Shown here: positions 23,295 through 31,400 of the stretch, piece by piece | How the letters are laid out: each line of letters starts with the position of its first letter | Numbering within the stretch: the first letter of the stretch is position 1 | Source of the DNA: a bacterium | GTDB taxonomy: Bacteria; Patescibacteriota; Doudnabacteria; UBA920; VMFF01 | NCBI GenBank assembly: GCA_021811585.1 | Contig: JAJZOG010000007.1 | Coordinates: forward strand, 1 to 55,458 | Reading direction: 5' to 3' | DNA length: 55,458 nt | Translations under genes and position numbers: made by a program | Notes under the pieces: model-generated | The model's input: only the letters and a program-made list of their open reading frames with translations | The model's database searches: none | What the model was told of the DNA's origin: nothing

Positions 23295-25374
23295 AAAGTT
23301 CCAACAAAGTTTCGCAGGCATCTTCAATAAAGCGCTTCACGGGCCGCGCGCCAAAACGATAATCCGCAAGCGCCCTGATTTTTTCGCGCAGAATTTCGGG
23401 GTCGATTTTAAATTTAATGCCGTGTTCGTCTCCGGCACGCTCCTCAATTTTTCGAATCTCCGCTCTGGCAATTTCCAAAAGCTCCGCCTCTCCAAGCGGG
23501 TTGAAGACAATTATCGCATCAAAACGGTTCAGGAATTCAAGTTTAAAATTTTGCGTCAAAATCGGCATCATTGTTTTTTTCAAAAATTCCGCGCCGGAAA
23601 CGTTTTCTCCTCGCTCAAAAGCATCCACGAGTTCCGCAATCCCCAAATTGGAAGTGGCGATGATAATCGTATCCGAAAAATTTACCGTCTGTCCTTGGCC
23701 GTCGGTAAGCCGCCCGTCTTCCAAAACTTGTAAAAAAATATCGAAAATTTTTGGATGCGCTTTTTCAATTTCATCAAGCAAGATCAGCGAATATGGCTGG
23801 TTTAAAACAGCGTTGGTAAGCTGTCCTCCGGATTCGAAGCCAATATATCCAGGCGGCGCGCCGATCAGGCGCTGCTGCGCGTGCGCTTCGGAAAATTCGC
23901 TCATGTCAATGCGCACGAAAGCGCGTTCAGATCCGAAGACGCTTTTGGCAAGAACTTTGGAGAGTTCGGTTTTCCCGACACCCGATGGCCCCAAAAACAG
24001 GAACGAACCGTTTGGTCTTCCGGGGTTCCGCAGCCCAATTATGCTCCTGCGCACAACTGCTGCCACGATTTTTGCGGCTTGTTTTTGCCCGATTATATTT
24101 TTATTAAGTATTTCTTCAAGATTAAGTTGTGGATTTGGATCAGCCGCTTGCCGTGTCTCGCGCTCTTTTTTAAGCCCTGCTCCGCGTTGCTTGTTCATTA
24201 CTGTTTCGTGTCCCGCTGTTGATATCCTGCCGTCATACCCCTCTGTGGATATCATGTTGCCGCGTTTCGTAATTACCCCCAAAGGCGCGTTTGTGGAATT
24301 TGAGGATGTCCCCAAAGGAGTATTTGCAAAATTCGCTGCCGGCCCTAAAGGCACGCCGGTTTTTTCGGAATAGATTTCGCGAATTTCTTTTTTGCTGAGC
24401 TCTTTTAATCCCGAAATTTTTGCGAATGCCAGGCATTCATCCAAAAAATGAATGGCGCGAAGTGGAAATTTTTTTTCCGAATTCATTTTAGCCGCAAGTT
24501 CAACGATGCTTTTAAACGCGTCGGTGCGCACGCGCACACCGTACTGTTTTTCAAAAGCAGGGGACAACGCGCGCAGAATTTCTTCGCTTTCTCGGCTGTC
24601 GTGCTGGGCGATGCGAATCTCCTCAAAGTTTTTTAAGAACCCCGGGGTCTCTGCGGCAATGCGCGCATATCCTTTTTCAGTCATCGCCAAAATCAAACTG
24701 ACTTCGTTTTTCTTAAAAAACGGATCCAGCACTTGCGCGGTTTCATAGAGCCGCCCTTCCAGACAAACATTCTCAAAATCATCGATGAAAATAATTGAGC
24801 GTTCGGGAATTTTTTTGAATGCCGCGCTAAGATAATTAAATCCTTCTTGCGTGCCGACTTGCGCGAAAAGTTTTTTGAGGTTGCCGCTATCAAGGCGCGC
24901 AAGAGAGTAATTTTCAAAACCGAAAATCGCATTTTTTGCATTGTTTTCCGTGCCATTTGATTTTCGGTTAGCTGCATCGTTTCCTATGCCGTTCGCTCTT
25001 TTATCTGTTGTGTTTATGGCAGTGCTATTTTTAGTGTTGTTTATGCTGCCATCCACAGTCCCGCTCATTCTTTTGTTTATTGCGTTTGTGGCAGTGCCAT
25101 TCCCGGTGCCGCCATTCCCGGTGCCGCCATTCCCGGTGCCGCCATTCCCGGTGCCGCCATTCCCAGTGCCGCCATCCACAGCGCCGTTTGCCGCGCGATA
25201 AAAGAAGGCCTCCACGAGCGCGGTTTTCCCCGTGCCGCTTTCGCCGCGCACAATTATATTATTGTTGTACTGGCGTTTGAGCGTCCGCGCCATGCGCCTA
25301 AGCTCGGCCTCGCGTGTAATCGCATCGCCAATGCTCTTTCGTTTTGCTTCTTGTTTTAGATCGTAGTAAATCAT
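23248..25374 (-). CDS. Clp/Hsp100-family double-AAA+ ATPase (ClpB/ClpC-like) with large low-complexity inserts
   Basis: D1 has RGESGTGKTALVEAF and IIFIDDFE. D2 has FLFLGPSGVGKTELSKVLA...LIGAPPGYIGFESGGQLT...ILLDEIEKAHPKIFDIFLQVLEDGRLTDGQG. The last ~15 codons and the stop lie inside repeat copy 1. Confidence 0.85.
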   Translation of the reverse strand: MIYYDLKQEAKRKSIGDAITREAELRRMARTLKRQYNNNIIVRGESGTGKTALVEAFFYRAANGAVDGGTGNGGTGNGGTGNGGTGNGGTGNGTATNAINKRMSGTVDGSINNTKNSTAINTTDKRANGIGNDAANRKSNGTENNAKNAIFGFENYSLARLDSGNLKKLFAQVGTQEGFNYLSAAFKKIPERSIIFIDDFENVCLEGRLYETAQVLDPFFKKNEVSLILAMTEKGYARIAAETPGFLKNFEEIRIAQHDSRESEEILRALSPAFEKQYGVRVRTDAFKSIVELAAKMNSEKKFPLRAIHFLDECLAFAKISGLKELSKKEIREIYSEKTGVPLGPAANFANTPLGTSSNSTNAPLGVITKRGNMISTEGYDGRISTAGHETVMNKQRGAGLKKERETRQAADPNPQLNLEEILNKNIIGQKQAAKIVAAVVRRSIIGLRNPGRPNGSFLFLGPSGVGKTELSKVLAKSVFGSERAFVRIDMSEFSEAHAQQRLIGAPPGYIGFESGGQLTNAVLNQPYSLILLDEIEKAHPKIFDIFLQVLEDGRLTDGQGQTVNFSDTIIIATSNLGIAELVDAFERGENVSGAEFLKKTMMPILTQNFKLEFLNRFDAIIVFNPLGEAELLEIARAEIRKIEERAGDEHGIKFKIDPEILREKIRALADYRFGARPVKRFIEDACETLLELWVQPNTPTQTPNLNP
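25096..25170. repeat. 15-bp tandem repeat x5 inside the Clp-like gene (encodes GGTGN x5)
   Basis: gccattcccggtgcc x4 plus gccattcccagtgcc. Confidence 0.95.
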
Positions 25375-25519
25375 GGATTAAAATTTATGTTCGCTCGGTG
25401 CGCAATTTGTTCAGTGCGCAATTAGTATATTTATTCTATTTTGTTGCGCCGGGTTTGTGTGCCATATCATTGTCGCGAAGTGCACAGTGCGGTTGGTGCG
25501 CATTCGCGGCTTTTTCAAT

Positions 25520-26686
25520 TTACGCCGCGTTCGCCGCTGCGGATTTTACAGAACCTTGCCGCGTTTGTCCGCTTTGGCTGGCATTCAAATCGTCGGATGA
25601 GCTTAATGTGCCGGATTGCGCGGATTTAAAAATTATAATGCGCTCGGATTTTGATGCGGCTGTATTTTTTGGAGTCAGCTCGGCCGCCGAAGGGGATTCA
25701 TGAACCGCTGCTGAATGGAATTCATGGATCGCCGCCGAAGGGGATTCATGAACCGCTGCTGAATGGAATTCATGGATCGCCGCCGAAGGGGATTCATGAA
25801 CCGCTGCTGAATGGAATTCATGGATCGCCGCCGAAGGGGATTCATGGGCCACCGCCCTTGGGAGATCCTCTATTTTTTGACCCTCCGCTTTTAAGATTTC
25901 CACTTTTTGGACTTCTATCTGCTGCACGTTCTCAGAAATATTTTCAGAAACGCTCTCAAGTGCAACGCCTTCCAGGGAAATTCCTGTTTCCAAAACTATC
26001 TGCCTGTATTGCTCCGCCGCCTCGCCTTCAAAAGAGATTTCATTTTTGGTTTGTTGGCTGCGCATGTCCGCGTCCCAGACCTGTTCGTCTCCGTCAAAAT
26101 TCTCAGCCGCTGCCTCGCTGATTTTTTTAATGCAAGTTACAGCTGTTCTTGATTCGAAATGATAGATAATTATGGATTTTTCACCGCGTTCGTTGGAAGA
26201 AAATTCCTGAATGCCCCAGCCGTGTTTGTAAACTTCGGCCATGGCCTGCCCGTAGGCCGCTTTGTCTTCAGCGCGCGTCATGAATTCGGACCACGGCTTT
26301 GCCATTTCCTCGGTCGGCCCTGAGGCGCAAAATTCGCCGTTGGAAAAAAATCCCATTGTCGAAGCGACAAAAGAAAAACCCTCGGGTATTAAAACGGAAA
26401 AAGTTTGTTCGGAAATTTTTGGTTTTTCTTCTTCCAATGTTTCTTCAAATTCGTTTTCAGCATCCTCGATGTTTTCCGGATTCTCCATAATGTCCTCGAC
26501 GTTCTCCGGATTTTGCACGACATTTTCCAAACTCTCCGCAACGTTCTCGACGTTCTCCGGATTCGCGGCATTTTCCGCGTCTTCGCTCTCAGCGGCAAAG
26601 GATTCGCGCGAAAAAATATCTTCATTTCGCGTTGATAGAAAATCTGATTGCGTTTCTTCGGGTATTGTTGAAATTATTTCGCTCAT
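25520..26686 (-). CDS. Acidic repeat-containing hypothetical protein
   Basis: 388-aa ORF with NPENVE-type acidic repeats, a globular middle part and (HESPSAAIHEFHSAAV)n repeats. Confidence 0.6.
   Translation of the reverse strand: MSEIISTIPEETQSDFLSTRNEDIFSRESFAAESEDAENAANPENVENVAESLENVVQNPENVEDIMENPENIEDAENEFEETLEEEKPKISEQTFSVLIPEGFSFVASTMGFFSNGEFCASGPTEEMAKPWSEFMTRAEDKAAYGQAMAEVYKHGWGIQEFSSNERGEKSIIIYHFESRTAVTCIKKISEAAAENFDGDEQVWDADMRSQQTKNEISFEGEAAEQYRQIVLETGISLEGVALESVSENISENVQQIEVQKVEILKAEGQKIEDLPRAVAHESPSAAIHEFHSAAVHESPSAAIHEFHSAAVHESPSAAIHEFHSAAVHESPSAAELTPKNTAASKSERIIIFKSAQSGTLSSSDDLNASQSGQTRQGSVKSAAANAA
25683..25850. repeat. 48-bp tandem repeat, about 3.5 units, inside the CDS
   Basis: The unit gccgccgaaggggattcatgaaccgctgctgaatggaattcatggatc starts at 25683, 25731, 25779 and 25827 (partial). 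Confidence 0.95.
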
Positions 26687-26694
26687 ATATATAG

Positions 26695-26870
26695 TGGGGG
26701 ATATAGTGGAAGATGTGGTTGGAAAATGGAGATATTGTGCGGGATAATGTGGGAAAGATATTGTGGGCGATAATGTGTGGAGATATAGTGGGTGAGATAT
26801 TGAAATATGTAGCGGGGAGTTTAGTGGGGGTGTAGCGGGGTGTAGTGTGGGAGATGTAGTGTGGAATTTG
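26695..26870. repeat. Degenerate array of about 14 units of an 11-14-bp G-rich motif (ATAKWGTGGG-like)
   Basis: Units include atatagtggaag, atattgtgcggg, ataatgtgggaaag, atattgtgggcg, ataatgtgtggag, atatagtgggtgag, tttagtggggg, tgtagcgggg and tgtagtgtgggag. Confidence 0.8.
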
Positions 26871-27155
26871 CCTATGTTGTATTGAATTATTATCAGAGCA
26901 TTGCGTGCGCATCCACACCGACGGACTTGTCCGCGAAAATAAAAACGCCATCAGCAGGGATGGTGTTTGTGGCGCCATTTTCCTGCTCGGGAAAATTTCG
27001 AAGTTTGGTATCTGGCTTGTCCCGATTTCTCGGGATTTACAGTTGCGGCACAGCGCCGGAATCGCACCGGCTTCCCAACTAGTTTTCAAATTTCTGTCTC
27101 AATCTTAGCGCGGACGTTTTTGAATGTCAAATTTTTCAGGAAACCGAAGGTTGCC

Positions 27156-27641
27156 CTAAAACATTGCTTTCAAATCCCGCTCATTATTAATGGCGTCCAC
27201 TGTGATAAGGCGCACAAAATATTTCTCGCTAAGTATCTTCAGTTCTTTGACAACTTCGTCCGGAAGCTTGTAGGGTGTTACCCAAATGCTGTTTTGCCAC
27301 CTTTTAAAGCCAAGTTGTTTTAGTTTGGAGCGCAGGTAATCGCGGATTTTCCGTTTTTCCTCAGGTATGTCGAAAATAATCATCTTCCATTTGCCGTCTT
27401 TTTCTTTTCTGAAAGTGGAAATTGTTGAAAGGCCTTTGGCTGAAAGCCGCAAGAATTCCATATCTTTATGGATATATCGTTCCAAATAGCTTCTTTTTTC
27501 GAGCTGATAGATCTGGGTGTAAATCTTTCGATATGATTCGCTCTTATAATACCGCTTTATAAAGGAGTAGGGGCTGATTTTCCCCTCATGTTTCACATTC
27601 TCAAGGAGCTTTATTGAATTTTCGCCTAAAATTTGTGACAT
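27156..27641 (-). CDS. PaaX-like regulator: winged-helix N-terminus plus a Cas2-like ferredoxin-fold C-terminal domain
   Basis: KWKMIIFDIPEEKRKIRDYLRSKLKQLGFKRWQNSIWVTP matches the Cas2/PaaX_C pattern. The gene is AT-rich and lies divergent from the giant gene. Confidence 0.55.
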   Translation of the reverse strand: MSQILGENSIKLLENVKHEGKISPYSFIKRYYKSESYRKIYTQIYQLEKRSYLERYIHKDMEFLRLSAKGLSTISTFRKEKDGKWKMIIFDIPEEKRKIRDYLRSKLKQLGFKRWQNSIWVTPYKLPDEVVKELKILSEKYFVRLITVDAINNERDLKAMF

Positions 27642-28133
27642 ATTTTGTTTTGGCTTAATTTACATGATTATAATATTACAATTGCCTTACGGTCGTCAAG
27701 TATATTTAGGTTTTTACACACAAGTTATTCACAATCGCATGCTTTCGAATTATTTTCGTAATACCGGGTTTAATACTCTACAAAATCGTCCGCCCTGCTT
27801 CCGTAATAGGGTTGTGAACTACCGTGGAGTTTTGGCCAATGCGAGATCTCCTGCGGCTAAAAGGTATTTTGATATTTATTATTACGAAAGTTATTTTTAA
27901 TATTTTTTTAATTGCGTGATTGAAATTCAAATTTTTGATTCGCAAGCACTTGAATTTCCGAAATAAAGCGCGTGTGAAACTAAATGTGCGCTTACAAAAC
28001 GCGGGATGCGTAAATTTTGCATTTTAATGCGTTAATTTTACCGATCTTTATGGCAAAAAATGAGTAAAAAAATAGTTTCAAAAATGTTTCTAAGTTTATG
28101 CACAATATATTGGCTGTTTTTGGCGGAAAATTA

Positions 28134-28163
28134 TTGACCGTCTCGGATGAAAACCGATATAAT
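28134..28163 (+). promoter_or_regulatory. Candidate promoter for the giant gene
   Basis: TTGACC (28134-28139), 18 nt, TATAAT (28158-28163). This would give a ~320-nt leader. Confidence 0.4.
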
Positions 28164-28492
28164 TTAAATAGATATCGGATAGCCGATATGCCAAAAAATT
28201 CCGAAACAAAAATACAATTTATGAAATAAAAAATTAGAAAATTTTTCCGCTAAAAGAAAATTTTTTCGTGTCAAAAAATAAAATTAACAGAATTTTGAGA
28301 GTGAAACTGAAAATCAGGAGCAAGAATTGGCGGCGAGTGTAAAGCAAATTAAGCGCGAAAATTTTCAATCGGGAAAAAAGCTAAATTTTGCAAAAAAATA
28401 ATTTAATTCACAAGACGCGCGTTCAAGATTAGCAATATTATTAAGGCAAAAGAAGCAAAATCTCGGATAAGCGATATAAAACCGGTGCAGCA

Positions 28493-31400
28493 ATGGCAGA
28501 TGAAAATAAAAATTTAAACAGCGATCCGATCTCTCTGGCAGAAGCGAGCAGGATTTCAGGGTACCATCAGGATTACCTGGGTTTTTTGGCGCGCACCGGA
28601 AAATTGGCTGCCAGCAAAATCGGGCGCAACTGGGTGACCACCAAGGAAGCGGTAGAAAATTTCATGAAAATGCCGGGCACTGATGCGGAAGAAAAAAACG
28701 CCGGCACTGTTGAAGATGAATCGGGAAACAAAATTCCAATCCACGTACAGCAACATTCGGCGGAACAATTGTCGATAATTGCACAGCTGGACAAGCTGCG
28801 CGGGAATGTGATTAGAGAAGTTGCCAAACAAGCTGCGCATGAGTCGCTTGCTGAGGCGGCTGCTGCAGCAGCATCGGCAACGGTAGCAGCAGCATCGGCA
28901 GCGGCATTGACGGCAACCTCGGCAGCAGCATCTGAAGCAAACAAAACTGGCGATGCGAGCAGCGGAAATAATTTATCTGCTGTGAAAGAAACAATCCTCC
29001 GGCTTGATGACAACCAGAAGCACGAAGATTTAAAAAACGAGATTCAAAAAAATCTTGAACAGGCGAAGGCATCGCTTTCAGAGCATGTTGAAAATGTTTT
29101 GAAACAGAACGGCCATTCGATGAATGTTGCAAGCGATGCAAACGGCTCGGGTATGAGCTCGGGTGCGGGCACTGGTTTGGGATCTGGTATGGGTTTGGGT
29201 GTGAGCTTGGGTGCGGACGCTGGCACCGCGGAAACGCACGGTACTGAGAAAGGCGCAAACTTTGCCCCAACCTTGCCTATCGCGCCGTCTGCAACATTGG
29301 CAGGAGCAGCAGTATCAACAGCAACATCTGCAGCATCAACATCTGCAGCAGGAGTTGCGGCAGCATCAACATCAACATCGGCAACATCAGGGGCACCGGC
29401 AGCAATATCATTAGCGGCAACAGCAACATCTGCACAAGCAGCGCAAAATGAAAAGAAAAATCAAAGCGCATTTGCAGCGGCAGCAGCGCCGGCTGCTTTT
29501 GCGGGCATTGATGCGGCATTGAACAAGCCGCAACTTAATTTGGCGAAGCTGTTTGGATCTTTCGCGTCAAAAATTGTTTTGCCAAAAAAGATTTGGGTAA
29601 CAGCTGCGGCTGCTTTGGCGCTGACAACAACCGGCACTATTGTTTATTTCCATGCTTTTGTGGATCGGCAAATAAGCGTGGTCTACAAACAAATTGCTGC
29701 AAATAATTTGAGCCAGAATCAGATGGCGCAAAATAATCAGGGCGCAAACGGCTCGGGTGCAAATGGCACAAACGGCTCTGGCCAAAATTCCGGAAACGCG
29801 AATGAAAAAAATTCCAGCGGTGCGGGCAGCGGTGCGGGCAGCGGTGCGGGCACTAGCACAGGCAACGGCGCAGGCAACGGCGCAGGTTCAGGCAACGGCG
29901 CGGGCATTGGTTCCAACCTTGCATACGGCTCGCGCACAATCATTGAAAAATTTTATATCCAGGGCACGCCTGGTCCGCAAGGGCAGCCCGGACCCCAAGG
30001 TCCTCCGGGGCCCCAAGGTCCGCAAGGAAATAATGGCACTTCTTCGCCGGGATCATATGCTCCCGGCTCCGGCATTATTTATTCGCCTGTTTTTAATCCG
30101 CCGCTTCCTTCTGTGACAGCGCCTTCGGCATTCGGTTCCACGGAACTTTCGGCGCAGGATTTAAACATCAGCAACAATACAAACCTGAACAATGTGACTG
30201 TCAGCGGCGCAACAACTTTCCAGGGCCTGGTGACTTTTAACAGCCAATCGTATTTGAGCGTGGTCGCGGACACTGCGCAACCGGCAATTTCCGTAACTCA
30301 AAACGGCACAGGCGATATTTTTGATCTTGCAAATTCCACCGGCCAGGTTTTGAACGTGGCAAACAACGGTGCGCAGACAATCACGGAAAATAATTCCAAT
30401 TCAACGCCGGCACTCACGGTGAACAATGTCGTGAGCGGCTCAACCGGAAGCGCGGCGGTTTTCACAAGCGCGGCAACGGATAACGCCAACCCGACCATTG
30501 AAGTTACGCAGGACGGCGCTGCGGCTGGGCTTGAAGTCCAGGGCAGCACGATTCTCGCGCAGACCTCCGCGCAGACAGGCGACATGCTCCAATTGCAAAA
30601 CACCGGCGGCAGCGTTTTAGTGCGCGAGGATAATCACGGCGATACGGAACAGCTCGGCATGATCAACAATCCTTACGGCGGCATTGGCTCGTATGAAAAT
30701 CTTTTGCAGTATTCGGAAAATTTTGCGAACTCGGCGTGGACAGCGCAGGCCGGCGTTTCGGCGCCAACGCAAACAGGCACTGCGCCGGACGGCCAGGCAG
30801 CGTCTTATGAAATTACGAACACAACCGCAGGCGCCGGCTTGTACCAGCAAACCACGGAAGCGGCTGCAAGCCAAACAGCAACTTTTTCCGTGTGGGCGCG
30901 ATCGGTTTCCGGAAGCCAGCATTTCCAAATCGGCATGCTTGAAGGCGCGAGCGGCTCTGCCGCAAACATTACGGCAACTTCAGGCGAGCCGGCCCCGTCA
31001 AACGCGAGCAACGCGGCGAGCGGCGTGCTTTCCGCAACCGCGACAACAACTTGGCAGAGGTTTGCCGTAACTTCAACTTTCAAATCTTCGGCAGTTGGAA
31101 ACCTTGCTGCATTTATTTTGCCTGGCGGCGCATCAACAGGGAGCATTGAGGTCTGGGGCGCGCAAATAGAAGAATCCGCTGTGCCGGGCGTTTACGTGCA
31201 GACAAATAACCAGACAATTGCGCAAGGATATGGCGCGGTTTCCGCCGGCCAGCCAAACGGCCCTTACAGCGAAGTTATCACTGTTGCGAAAACCGGCGCC
31301 GAGTTCAGCGATGTTGCAAAAGCGTATGCGTATGCGAAAACTTTAAGCCCTTCTGCCACAAACCAAATTTTGATCAAAATCCAGCCGGGAACTTACGCCG

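Noticed and set aside
26695-26870. Possible CRISPR array, or oriC with DnaA boxes
   Set aside because: The units are contiguous and degenerate (11-14 bp) with no spacers of unique sequence. No exact TTATCCACA-type boxes are present and there is no dnaA or dnaN nearby.
27030-27080. tRNA-like T-arm (reverse complement GCCGG-TGCGATT-CCGGC-GCTGTGCC)
   Set aside because: No matching 5' acceptor strand, D-arm or anticodon arm could be found upstream. The T-loop is non-canonical.
27156-27641. Cas2 gene implying a CRISPR-Cas locus
   Set aside because: Only the Cas2-like fold motif is present, fused to a wHTH as in PaaX-type regulators. There is no cas1, no other cas genes and no repeat-spacer array in the window.
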